Shown in pieces: positions 10,105-19,649 of a stretch of 64,000 bases of DNA; positions within the stretch are counted from its first letter, which is position 1, and each line of letters starts with the position of its first letter. A model generated the notes under the pieces. That model searched no databases, was not told the DNA's origin, and saw nothing but the letters and a program-made list of their open reading frames with translations. This DNA is from Candidatus Latescibacterota bacterium (GTDB lineage: Bacteria; Latescibacterota; UBA2968; UBA8231): the NCBI GenBank assembly GCA_965243025.1, contig CBDETY010000003.1, positions 448,001 to 512,000 on the forward strand, written 5' to 3'. A program made the translations under genes and the position numbers.

Positions 10105-10215
10105 TCACCCGATCGGGTGACAGAAAAATCACCCGATCGGGTGACAGAAAAATCACCCGATCGGGTGACAGAAAAATCACCTGATCAGGTGACAAAAAAT
10201 CACCTGATCAGGTGA
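10105..10215. promoter_or_regulatory. Array 1: five 16-bp perfect palindromes TCACCYGATCRGGTGA, period 23-24 bp
   Basis: Units at 10105, 10129 and 10153 (TCACCCGATCGGGTGA) and at 10177 and 10200 (TCACCTGATCAGGTGA), with A-rich 7-8 bp linkers; TGcGATCTT follows at 10236-10244. Confidence 0.85.
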
Positions 10216-10405
10216 TGCGGGAGCCGTCCGTCCGGTGCGATCTTTAAATCCAGGACGAACGATAGGTCGAACAACGGTTTCCAAGAACAGAGGTTGGATC
10301 CTCGTGGCTGTTATCAACAAAAGGAAGCATTTATCGCTGGCGGCGCGACTTTCTCCCGGTAGTCGTTCCAGCCATTCCGAATCCAACCGGGGCGCAAGGA
10401 GGCAC

Positions 10406-10648
10406 ATGATGCCACGCTTTGTGAAGCACCTCGCAGCGGCAGTCCTGCTGGCTGGTGGAGTCCTTCTGGCTGGCACGACGTTCACGTCCTTCGTGGACGC
10501 TCATGGCAAGCCGGGCTCGTACACGGAGTGGAGCCATGGACACACGAACAGTTCGGCAAGCGCGTGCGCCTACAGCTGCTCGCAGTTGGGGCATAACGAC
10601 TCGAGTTTCGATTGCCCTAACTGCTCATGCAAGGATTCGGAGTGGTAG
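10406..10648 (+). CDS. Small secreted Cys-rich peptide (80 aa), family member 1
   Basis: AAGGAGG RBS; signal peptide ending FVDA|H; SASACAYSCSQLGH...CPNCSC is homologous to 46479-46688. Confidence 0.8.
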   Translation: MMPRFVKHLAAAVLLAGGVLLAGTTFTSFVDAHGKPGSYTEWSHGHTNSSASACAYSCSQLGHNDSSFDCPNCSCKDSEW

Positions 10649-10747
10649 TAAACTCTGGACCTTCTGCGTGGGGTAGAAAAAAAGCGTTGAGGTGGATGAA
10701 GTTCCTTAAGGGCTTCATCCATCTGTTTTTGGAAAGGAACCAAAAAA

Positions 10748-11683
10748 ATGAAACACCTGATCGTACTGCTCATATGGACCGCCGCAGCCGCAGCTCACAG
10801 CGGGGATCGTCTGTATCCCATCTATGAGCTTACGGATGAAATGCTGGCAACGATTGACTTGCATGATGGGCTGATTGACGAATGGTACGACATAGGGGAG
10901 CCCAGTATGTCGCTACTGGATTTTCAGACTTTGTTCAATGCGATCCCTGCTGATCCGTCCAACCTGGATTTTCGCATTTGGCTGGCTTGGCATGACGAGT
11001 CGAATCGCATTTATGCGGCTTTCATCATCATTGACGATGTATACAACAACGCACATAACCATACGGAGGACAACCTGAATTCGGCCATGCTTCAGTTTGA
11101 CAGTGTACTCTTCAACCTCGATGCAGATCACAGTGGAGGTGTTGGAGAACGGAGAGGGGTAGATCATACCGAGGAAGAGTTGATAGGTATTTTTGGCAGT
11201 ACGCAGCGCTATACCGTTATAGCTCGAACTGTAATCGGTCCTGCGTTGGACAACCAAATAAGAGTGGGCAACTCCCCAACCTTGTCTGACCGCGGACTAC
11301 CCAACTCATGGAAGGTTCATCCTCCCTATGGAGATGCGGGAGGAACCGCAGCTGGAGAAAATCCTACCGTCAGCGTAATCGAGATGTATGTCACACCATA
11401 TGACTGGTGGGGGGCGTGGGATGACGTAGACCAAACCGAATTCAGTGAACTGTCTGCGCACCAGGTAATAGGTTTTGCCATCATGATTAACGATATTGAC
11501 GAAAGAAAGCGCGGAATGGGTCCTTTTTGGCTTCCAGTAGATATATTCGCTGAACGCATAGATGATGGTGATCTTCTGAATAACATGGCTGATGGCTTTC
11601 TGGATGGGGTGCTGTTGCCCGCTCAGGAGACGACCGCCGTCGAGTCCGTTTCCTGGGGCCGCATCAAGGCCTCGCTGTGGTAG
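10748..11683 (+). CDS. Secreted CBM9/DOMON-like protein with SWGRIKASL tail
   Basis: Signal AAAAA|HSGDRLYP, DFRIWLAWHD, DADHSGG, IEMYVTP, IGFAI and TAVESVSWGRIKASLW; visibly AT-richer than the flanks. Confidence 0.8.
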   Translation: MKHLIVLLIWTAAAAAHSGDRLYPIYELTDEMLATIDLHDGLIDEWYDIGEPSMSLLDFQTLFNAIPADPSNLDFRIWLAWHDESNRIYAAFIIIDDVYNNAHNHTEDNLNSAMLQFDSVLFNLDADHSGGVGERRGVDHTEEELIGIFGSTQRYTVIARTVIGPALDNQIRVGNSPTLSDRGLPNSWKVHPPYGDAGGTAAGENPTVSVIEMYVTPYDWWGAWDDVDQTEFSELSAHQVIGFAIMINDIDERKRGMGPFWLPVDIFAERIDDGDLLNNMADGFLDGVLLPAQETTAVESVSWGRIKASLW

Positions 11684-12538
11684 TGACCCTCTTCGTCCTT
11701 CTGCTTCCTGCTCGCTTACGCCAATGCGCACGATCTGGACGGGAGCGTATACTGCTCCCGGGACGGCGAGGCCCGCCGGCTGTCCGGTTTCGGGGCGGTC
11801 GCCCCGGTATGGTCGCCGGACGGCGAAATGATCTGTTACTTCCAGCACACCCATGATGAAAACCTGTTCCATTTCATATCGCCTGCCGGAGAGCTGCTGC
11901 AGACCGTACCCCTTCCTGCGCCGCTGACCGTCGCGGCAGACCTGACCTGGCATCCCGACGGCGAGGTCACCTTCGCCGCAAGCCAGGGAGAGTCCTATGA
12001 CATCTACAAACTGACCCCCGAAGGACAGGCCGAGCTCATCGTGTCGGATGGGATTCAGCCTGCCTGGTCGCCGGATGGCCTGTCCCTGGCCTTCACTACG
12101 TACCGGGACAGCAACCTGGAGATCTACCTTGCGGACCATGAGGGGCGCCTGCGGAATCTGAGCCTTCACCCGAGCCCCGATGCCCGTTCTTCCTGGGCGC
12201 CGGACGGAACCCGCATCGCCTTCGAAAGCAACCGTTTCGGCAATCCGGATATTTTCGTAGTGGAGGTGGCCAGCGGGGACATAACCCGTCTGACCAATCA
12301 CCCGGGCAAGGATTGGAATCCGGTCTGGTCTCCGGACGGCCGCAAGATCGCCTTCGTTTCCTCACGGTACGAGGACAACCGGATCTACATCATGAACGCG
12401 GATGGAACCGATGTCAGAAGGTTTTCCCAAGGACATGCGGGCGATTGGCAACTGGCCTGGTCCCCTGACGGGAAATGTCTCTGCTTCGTCTCCAGCCGAC
12501 CGGAACCGTTCTTCGACTGGCTCATCCGATTGTTCTGA
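11683..12538 (+). CDS. Stand-alone TolB-like PD40 beta-propeller; probable frameshift in the signal peptide
   Basis: Repeated PAWSPDG..IAF blades; GTG-TLFVLLL is one frame off LLAYANA|HDLDGSVY near 11705-11710. Confidence 0.72.
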
Positions 12539-12605
12539 ATTGAAGGAACGGATGCGACGGACGGGGCGGCGGCTCTGGCCGGTCGCACCTACTTGAGTCT
12601 GGAGC

Positions 12606-12668
12606 TCCCCTGATCAATGGACAAAAAAATCACCCGATCGGGTGACAAGAAATCACCTGATCAGGTGA
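12606..12668. promoter_or_regulatory. Array 2: two perfect palindromes plus one degenerate unit
   Basis: Units at 12630-12645 and 12653-12668, degenerate tcccctgatcaatgga at 12606; GATCTT at 12692. Confidence 0.82.
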
Positions 12669-13042
12669 TACCGGAGCCGTCTGTCCTGTGCGATCTTTCA
12701 ATCAGGACAAACGAAAGACAAAGATGGCATGGTTTCGCAGAAATGAGGCAGGGCGGCAGAAAGGAGAAACCGCGACGCGCGCACGTTGCTGCCCCATGCA
12801 CCCAGGAAGACGAATTTGAAATCGGCCTTACGCGGAAGGTTGTCTCGCTCCTTATTGTAGTACGACTGTGGAAATTCCTTTCCTGGCAACTCTATGGGAG
12901 AAAGGCCGATGGAAGAGATAGAACCGGGTGGTGGCAGAAGGACTCAGACGTTTACATAATCACAGATCATGAATGGAGACAGAACCAAATGGCTTTGAAG
13001 AAAACTCCACAGTAGAAATCCCTAACCGAAGGAAGGCACACC

Positions 13043-13972
13043 ATGATCTCCGTCCGATGCAACGCTGCATGGCTCACCGCCTTTTGTCTCTGTCTGCCGG
13101 CACTGGCTTTGGCGCACGTGGGCGACCGTATTTATCCCATTTCTTATCTCAGCGACGATATGCTGGAACAGATCGATCTCAAGGATGGTTTGGTGGATGA
13201 ATGGTACGAGGTGGTCGGAGAGCCGTCTATGACCTTGCTGGACTTTGGCGAGGTAGATCAGGGATCACCCGATCCTTCCGACTTGGATTTCCGCATCTGG
13301 CTGGCCTGGCACGATGACCCGGCCCGGTTCTACGTAGCCTTCGTGGGCAGCGACGATATTTATAAAAACGACCATGATTACAACGTCGACGAATTCTCTG
13401 TACAGGACCATATGGATCAGAATGACGGTATCAGCCTGGTGATCGATGGAGATCACGGCGGCGGTGCGGGTTGTGAAAAAAGTGGCTGCACGATGGAAGC
13501 GGCAGTCGAGACCCGTGAAAGAAGCCAGAGATACGACGCCATTGCCCATACCCCTGACGGCCCGAAACTGGATGATTCTTACACCAGATTTTCGACAGGA
13601 GGGTTGGCCTGGAATGCCTTGCCACCCTACGCCGATTCCGGCGGCAGCGTGGTCGGAGAAAACCCGACAATCAGCGTGATCGAACTCTATGTCACTCCGT
13701 TCGATTATTGGGCGTATGATGACATCGAAGGGAGCATGGTAAGCGATCTGACCGCAGGACAGGTCATCGGCTTCGGTATCACGGTGAATGAATTCGATCC
13801 GCCTGATATCAACTGGGGGGTCCCTTGGGTCGAAGGAACGCAACCTGCTGATCATTTTTGGGATATGCTTCTGCTGAAAGCCGACGGTTATCTCGACGGG
13901 CTGCTGTTGTCCGCTGGAGACACTGCGGTCGAGGCGGTTTCCTGGGGACGGATCAAAGCCTCGCTGCGGTAG
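13043..13972 (+). CDS. Secreted CBM9/DOMON-like protein with SWGRIKASL tail
   Basis: ALA|HVGDRIYP, DLDFRIWLAWHDDP, IDGDHGGG, IELYVTPFD and TAVEAVSWGRIKASLR. Confidence 0.82.
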   Translation: MISVRCNAAWLTAFCLCLPALALAHVGDRIYPISYLSDDMLEQIDLKDGLVDEWYEVVGEPSMTLLDFGEVDQGSPDPSDLDFRIWLAWHDDPARFYVAFVGSDDIYKNDHDYNVDEFSVQDHMDQNDGISLVIDGDHGGGAGCEKSGCTMEAAVETRERSQRYDAIAHTPDGPKLDDSYTRFSTGGLAWNALPPYADSGGSVVGENPTISVIELYVTPFDYWAYDDIEGSMVSDLTAGQVIGFGITVNEFDPPDINWGVPWVEGTQPADHFWDMLLLKADGYLDGLLLSAGDTAVEAVSWGRIKASLR

Positions 13973-14027
13973 TAGTGACCATTCTCGTCCTTCTGCTCGT
14001 CACTCTATCACGTAGCGTGACCGTACC

Positions 14028-14410
14028 ATGGCTATCCGGGTTGCTGCAGACGACCATGAAATGCTGCGGGATAATGTCAGGGAGTTCCTTGCCGGGCAGG
14101 ACGGCATTGAAGTGGTCGGAGAGGCGGTCGATGGAGAATCCGCTCTGGACCAGGCGGGCATGCTGCAACCGGACGTCGTCGTCATGGACATCAGGGCATT
14201 CCGGGCGGCGGCGGGGTAACTGCCACCCGGAAGATTCGCGCCGAACTGCTTGGTGCGGGTGGTGGCCCTTTCCATTCACAGCGAAAGGATCTACCTCCAA
14301 GCGATGCTCGTTGCGGGTGCATCCGGGTAAGTCGTCAAGAATTCGCTCGTTCGCCACCTTGTCCCGCGATCCAAAGCATTGCGGCCGGCAAGCAGTTACT
14401 TCAGCGAATA
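14028..14410 (+). pseudogene. Degraded receiver-domain response regulator, paralog of 22352-22783
   Basis: MAIRVAADDHEML..PDVVVMDI, then frameshifts and stops; DNA similarity to 22352-22730 continues (gtggtggccctttccattcacagcgaaaggatcta). Confidence 0.8.
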
Positions 14411-14468
14411 GGCGGGATGGTCCAGAGACTATCCAGCTTTTGCGAGCTGTTCACAGCAGGAGAATGAC

Positions 14469-15418
14469 ATGCATGTGATCCTTCTTTCAGCCGTGATCGC
14501 CTTGTTCGGCCTGGACCCCGTCCTCGGGCACAGAGGCAACCGGGTTTATCCGTTCTACGAGATAACCGACGAAGCCGCAATCGACTTGACCGATGGAACA
14601 AATAGAAGACTGGGAAGAGTTGTTCGGGGAGCCCTCCCTGACGAGGCTCGATTTCACCGCGTTCGAAGACCAGGCGCGAGTACGAATGGAATACGATCCA
14701 TCCCACCTTGACTTCCAGATCTATCTGGGCTGGAACCGGGTTTCCGACCGCATCTATGTGGGCGCCATCTGCATCGACGACGTGTATGTGGGAGAGGAGG
14801 GATATTCTTCGAATTATCTGGAGCGAGCGGGTGAGGATCATGTCTCTCTACATATCGATGGCGATCACGACGGTTCGACCGCTTGGGAAGACGACTTCGT
14901 TTACGACAGGCAGAGTGACGATTCGGGACTTGTGGATCAAAAGGCACAGCGATACGCCGCTTTACCGCTGCGCCGGGAGACTTCGCACGTCGGCTTGCCC
15001 TTTTTGGAAACGTATTTTGAGGGTGAACCTTGGTGGGGGTACCCTCCCTACGGAGACGGGGGCGGCTCCGTTGTCGGAGAGAACCCCGTGGTCTGGGTCA
15101 CCGAGTTTTACGTCACCCCGTTCGACCGGTTGCTCAGGAAGGAGCCGGAAAACAGTTTGGTCTCGGATCTAGTTGCGGAACAGGTTGTCGGGTTTTACGT
15201 GTACGTTGGCGATTTCGATGAGCCGGGTACCCATGGGCCGGGTAGCAAATTTGCGCGCGAGTATCACGTGATCGGAATCTACGACGTAGTCGATTCGTGA
15301 CCTTCCCGATGAGGGCATGATGGATGGCCTTCTGCTCCCTGCGAACGGCATCGGCCGCGGCGACTCCGCGGTAAAACCCGACTCGTGGGCGCGCATCAAG
15401 GCGAGCTTCTCGCAATAG
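14469..15418 (+). pseudogene. Frameshifted CBM9/DOMON-like family member
   Basis: VLG|HRGNRVYP in one frame, IEDWEELFGEP..IDGDHDG..EFYVTPFD in a second, and DGLLLPANG..DSAVKPDSWARIKASFSQ* after a further break near 15300. Confidence 0.8.
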
Positions 15419-15574
15419 GAGGACATCATGAATGTCTTAATCTTAATGAAGTTCGCAGCGGTCCCGGTCCTCGGTCGGAACAGGCGCCTTGAAGGGCTGC
15501 CTTGGCGGAGATGCCCTTGCCGGGGCGCTTGGGAATCGGGAGAATCATCGCGGAGTGCACGCCGGATTGAACCT

Positions 15575-16540
15575 TTGAAACGGTTTCTGCTTCCTGTCAC
15601 TTACATCCTGTTTTTGTCGCTCACCCCTGGACCCGTCCTTTCCTGCTCCTGCGAGCCTCCGGGGACCCCCCCGGAAGAGTTGGCGTCAAAGGATGCCGTG
15701 TTCACAGGGCGGGTAGTGGAGATTGTCGAGAAGATCGCAGACATCGAAGACCTGTCGATTCCGTTCGAACGATCTATCGAAGATCTGTCGATTTCGTTCG
15801 AACTATCCGCGGTGTGGAAGGGTGAGCTTCAAAAGGATGTCGCCATCCGGACCGGATTGTGGGACGCTCTCTGCGGCTACCACTTCGAACTGGGTGAGCA
15901 CTATCTCGTGTACGCCTATTCCTCGGGGGATGGGGTCCTGAACGCCGGAATCTGCAGCCGTACGAACGTGCTCGCAGTAGCAGCCGAGGACATGGAGCAG
16001 CTTGGGGAGCCGGTCTCTCGCTGGCATCTGAACGACGATACAGAGGATTTTCTGGCCCTCCCGGAAATCCTGGGGAGGTGGGAGATCGAGTCCGGCATGG
16101 AGAATGGTGCCAGTATTCCGCATTCACCTGCCGGGTGGCGGCTCCTCGAATTCAGGGCGGACGGCGCCTGTGTCGTCAACATGGTTCTACCGAACCTTCT
16201 CGTCATTGCAGAATTCCCGTACGCCAGGGAACGGACCCTCCTGTTCGGGGACGAGAAGTGGCAAAAGGTCGTTCTCAGCCCGATCCAATCCGCTTACGTC
16301 GACCGAGGAAAGGGCTGGGGTGGCGAAACCTTCCAGGTCTGGCCGGAGTTCTTCTTGGCCCTGAGCGGTGATGGCAAACTGGTCGCCATTGTTGAGAACC
16401 TTGGCATACTGTCGGTCCACTCCTTCAGGAGGACGGATCGCCCGATCTATTCAGTCCCTCCCGATGGACAGGTGACCTCTGTTGCCCCCATGACCTGGGG
16501 AGGGGTCAAAAAAGAGAGCCTTCAACCCTCACCAAACTGA
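15575..16540 (+). CDS. Secreted TIMP/NTR-like domain protein with tail-motif variant
   Basis: Probable TTG start, MKRFLLPVTYILFLSLTPGPVLS|CSCEPP, DAVFTGRV, VWKG, CGYHF..YLVYA, ICSRT; C-terminus TSVAPMTWGGVKK. Confidence 0.72.
   Translation: MKRFLLPVTYILFLSLTPGPVLSCSCEPPGTPPEELASKDAVFTGRVVEIVEKIADIEDLSIPFERSIEDLSISFELSAVWKGELQKDVAIRTGLWDALCGYHFELGEHYLVYAYSSGDGVLNAGICSRTNVLAVAAEDMEQLGEPVSRWHLNDDTEDFLALPEILGRWEIESGMENGASIPHSPAGWRLLEFRADGACVVNMVLPNLLVIAEFPYARERTLLFGDEKWQKVVLSPIQSAYVDRGKGWGGETFQVWPEFFLALSGDGKLVAIVENLGILSVHSFRRTDRPIYSVPPDGQVTSVAPMTWGGVKKESLQPSPN
15743..15808 (+). repeat. In-frame 33-bp tandem duplication (IEDLSIPFERS / IEDLSISFELS)
   Basis: atcgaagacctgtcgattccgttcgaacgatct is followed by atcgaagatctgtcgatttcgttcgaactatcc. 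Confidence 0.85.
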
Positions 16541-16799
16541 ATCCTTCTTCCTCACCCCAGCGACGACGGCTTTGCAGATTCAGGGGGCATTCGCGCATCC
16601 CCCTCCACGATCCGTGCGGAGGCTTTTCCGATTCACGGGGAAAGTTCCCAATTTGGGATAATTCGTCCTGCTCTGAGAGATTTTTTTTCAATCGATCAAC
16701 CCTACCTTGGTGATGCCGACGGACTCCATTTCGACGCTTTCCGTGCCCCACGGCTCGTTGTCCTTCTCGGAGGAAAGGAAGTCGAGGGGAAAAACCGAA

Positions 16800-16984
16800 T
16801 TGTCCAACCAGGACAATCACCCCGTTACTGGGGTTCGGTCAGCGACCGGGCCGAGTCCAGGACCCCGTTCAGCACCGTGTTGAATTCGAGGCTCTCGTTG
16901 ATGCGCAGACTGGACTGACTCAACCGGGGTCAGGCGCTCCGGGAGGGCCTCGTTGTCCCGTTCCATCTTCTCAGCCGGTTTCAT
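16800..16984 (-). pseudogene. N-terminal remnant of a GAF-type sensor protein
   Basis: GGAGAGG RBS, MKPAEKMERDNEAL.ERLT, frameshift to RLSQSSLRINESLEFNTVLNGVLDSARSLT, then a stop; typical coiled-coil/GAF entry helix. Confidence 0.6.
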
Positions 16985-17285
16985 CCTCTCCTTTTCTTGT
17001 CAGGGGCCTGATTTCAAGCCAAATCTCCCAAAATGCCCATTTCCACCCGGTTTCCACTAAAAAACCACTGAAATGGACCTTGTTTCCACCGGTTCATCAC
17101 TCATGGGCAATTATATTATCGACCCGGTTTATTCGGGTCGCAGCCTGTTTCCTGGGCGGAGTCCCTCAAATCGCACGGCTGCAGAATCCGGGAGGGGTGC
17201 GAACGCGCCAGTTACTACCTCACGGACAACCATAATCCAACAACTCGGCGCAGGATTTCCCAAGTCAACCCGGGACACGACACAG

Positions 17286-18380
17286 ATGAGCGGACTGAAG
17301 CGACAGCAGAACAAGGGGAGGGGTCGGCTGAATGCGGAGGAGTACCGCGAGCTGTTCGAGGAGTGCCACGAGGCCATGGCGATCATCGCCCGCGACGGCA
17401 CCATCCTCGACGCCAACCACGCCGCCAGCGAGCTGTTCGACTGGCCCCATGCCGAGTTCCTCGGCCTGAACATCCTCTCCGTCTACGCAAATCCCGAAGA
17501 CCGGGCCCGCTACCAGGAGCAGATCGAGCGCGACGGGTACGTCCGCGACTTCGAGGTCGTCTTCGTCACCCGCGGCGGGCGCCGGCTCGACTGCCTGCTG
17601 ACCACCGTGGTGCGGCGCGCCGCCGACGGCCGCGTCATCGGGTACCAGGGCCTGGTCCGCGACGACACCGAGCGCAGGCGCATGGACAGGGAACTGCGGG
17701 AATACCACGAACAGGTTCGCGCGATGGCTGCCGGGTTCGTCGCCATCGAGGACCGCGAGCGGCGGCGCATCGCCGTCGACCTGCACGACCGCGTCGGCCA
17801 GACCCTGGCCGCGTCGCAGATGAAGATCGATGTGCTGCGGCGGGCGGACGGGGAGGAGCGCCAGGCCCTGCTCGAGGACCTGCACGGCCTGCTCGACCGG
17901 ACGAAAAGAGAGCTGCGCACGCTGGTCTTCGAGCTCAGTCCTCCGGTGCTGCACGACTTCGGGCTGGTGGCCGGCCTGCACTCGCTCGCCGGGCACCTCG
18001 AGGAGGAGCACGGGCTGCGGGTCAGCCTGGAAAGCGAGGGGGACTGCGAGGTGGCGGACGAGGGTCTGCGCGCTACGTTGTTCCGCTGCCTTCGCGAGCT
18101 GTTGCTCAACGTCGCCCGGCACGCCGGCACGGACGCGGCGGTGGTGTCCCTGCGCCGCGACGAGAGGCAACTGAGCCTGGCGGTCGCCGACCGCGGCCGG
18201 GGCTTCGAGCCCTCTCCGGATGGAGCCCGGCAGGGCTTGGGTTTCGGCCTGTTCAGCATCGGCGAATGCCTGAGTCAGGCCGGCGGTACCTTCGCCATCG
18301 AATCGGCCCCGGGGCAGGGGACGCGCTGCGTGCTGGCGGTCCCTTCCTCATCCCTGGAGCCAAAGGAGAACTCCCGATGA
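17286..18380 (+). CDS. Soluble PAS-domain sensor histidine kinase (HisKA_3), copy 2
   Basis: Near-identical to 8842-9918 but keeps the EPKENSR end that overlaps the RR start (ATGA). Confidence 0.9.
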   Translation: MSGLKRQQNKGRGRLNAEEYRELFEECHEAMAIIARDGTILDANHAASELFDWPHAEFLGLNILSVYANPEDRARYQEQIERDGYVRDFEVVFVTRGGRRLDCLLTTVVRRAADGRVIGYQGLVRDDTERRRMDRELREYHEQVRAMAAGFVAIEDRERRRIAVDLHDRVGQTLAASQMKIDVLRRADGEERQALLEDLHGLLDRTKRELRTLVFELSPPVLHDFGLVAGLHSLAGHLEEEHGLRVSLESEGDCEVADEGLRATLFRCLRELLLNVARHAGTDAAVVSLRRDERQLSLAVADRGRGFEPSPDGARQGLGFGLFSIGECLSQAGGTFAIESAPGQGTRCVLAVPSSSLEPKENSR

Positions 18381-19006
18381 CGATCCGCGTATTGCTGGTG
18401 GACGATCACGAGCTGATGCGCGAGGGCCTGCGCGCCCTGTTCGCGCAGGACGGGGAGTTCGAGGTGGTGGCCGAAGCCGGGGACGCGCGCACCGCGGTGG
18501 AGCTGGCCGCGGCCTGCCGGCCGCACGTCGTGATCATGGACGTATCTCTGCCCGACCTGAGCGGAGTCGAAGCGACGCGCCAGGTCCTGGGCCGGGCCCC
18601 GGAGGTGAAGGTGGTGGCCCTGTCGGTGCACGACGACCCGCAGTACGTCGCCGGCATGCTGGAGGCGGGGGCCTCGGGGTACGTGGTGAAAGGGGCGGCC
18701 CCGGTCGAGGTGCTGCGGGCGGTCCGGGCGGCCCTGGCCGGCCGCACCTACCTGAGCCCGGAGCTGGCCGGCGCCGTGTACGATCAGGTGCAGGCACTTG
18801 CCGGACATCCGGAGCTGACCCTGCGCGAGCGGGAGGTGGTTCGGCTCATCAGCGATGGGCTGACCACACGGCAAATTGCCAGGCAACTGAACCTGAGCAA
18901 GGACACCGTCCACACGCACCGGAAGCACATCATGGACAAGCTCGACCGGCACAACGTGGCGGCCTTGACCAAGTACGCGGTCAGTACCGGGCTTACCTCG
19001 CTGTAG
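18377..19006 (+). CDS. NarL/LuxR-family DNA-binding response regulator
   Basis: IRVLLVDDH, IMDVSLP, GYVVK, and HTH LTLREREVV..TVHTHRKHIMDKL. Confidence 0.93.
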   Translation: MTIRVLLVDDHELMREGLRALFAQDGEFEVVAEAGDARTAVELAAACRPHVVIMDVSLPDLSGVEATRQVLGRAPEVKVVALSVHDDPQYVAGMLEAGASGYVVKGAAPVEVLRAVRAALAGRTYLSPELAGAVYDQVQALAGHPELTLREREVVRLISDGLTTRQIARQLNLSKDTVHTHRKHIMDKLDRHNVAALTKYAVSTGLTSL

Positions 19007-19106
19007 CTCCCGTCAAGACAGTCCGGGCTCCCCGGGGTTTTCCACCCACTCCAAACCCCTCCCAAGCGGGCCAATTTCGGCAAAAAACCGGCTTTTTCCG
19101 GCAAAA

Positions 19107-19145
19107 TACCCTGATCAGGGTATGAAAAATCACCCGATCGGGTGA
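19107..19145. promoter_or_regulatory. Array 3: two palindromes (TACCCTGATCAGGGTA and TCACCCGATCGGGTGA)
   Basis: Perfect palindromes at 19107-19122 and 19130-19145; GATCTT at 19169. Confidence 0.82.
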
Positions 19146-19389
19146 TACCGAAGCCGCCATTTCGGTGCGATCTTAGATCCAGGACGAACGAAAGATGGCA
19201 TGGTTTTTCGGAAATGAGCTCAGGGCGGAAGAAAGGAGAGGGAAACCGCGAGGATGCACGTTGCTGCCCCGTGCCCCCAAGGAGAAGGCATCTGGGGATT
19301 GGCAGGGATGACTTGGCGCAAGCAATCGGCAGTATGGATCACCTTTCCTCTGGAAAATCGCAAGCGCTTGGTGCCCCTTAGACAAACCA

Positions 19390-19470
19390 AATGCCCATTC
19401 CCAAGCAGGACACGGAAGTTCAAGCTGGCACGAATGCGACGGTGAAGGGCATTGCAGTTGCTCGCACTGA
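19390..19470 (+). pseudogene. Possible remnant of a third Cys-rich peptide
   Basis: Reads NAHSQAGHGSSSWHECDGEGHCSCSH*, resembling SQLGHNDSSFDCPNCSC; no in-frame start; occupies the same slot between array and CBM9-like gene. Confidence 0.45.
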
Positions 19471-19649
19471 AACCCTGAAGGGACCTCAGGCACCAAGGTC
19501 TACCCCCGACAGACGAGTCTCCATGCCCATTTTTTCGTGGAGTGCTCGTCCGTCCAGGGAAGGTGCATTTTTGGGTTGCCCTGCCCTAACTAAGCTTAGG
19601 TTGGCCATGAAGCGGTCCTCCATTTGGTTGACTTGAAGGGAAGATAACC

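Noticed and set aside
10010-10195. ORFs with repeated SPDRVIF (also 21920-22189 and 12617-13015)
   Set aside because: These are translations of the DNA palindrome arrays; the period shifts between 23 and 24 bp, which breaks the frame.
10105-10215. Palindromic arrays as CRISPR
   Set aside because: Linkers are 7-8 nt and nearly identical rather than unique 25-45 nt spacers; no cas genes in the window.
10406-10648. Cys-rich peptides as RiPP precursors
   Set aside because: They carry Sec-type signal peptides, and no radical SAM, LanM, YcaO or peptidase-ABC genes are nearby.
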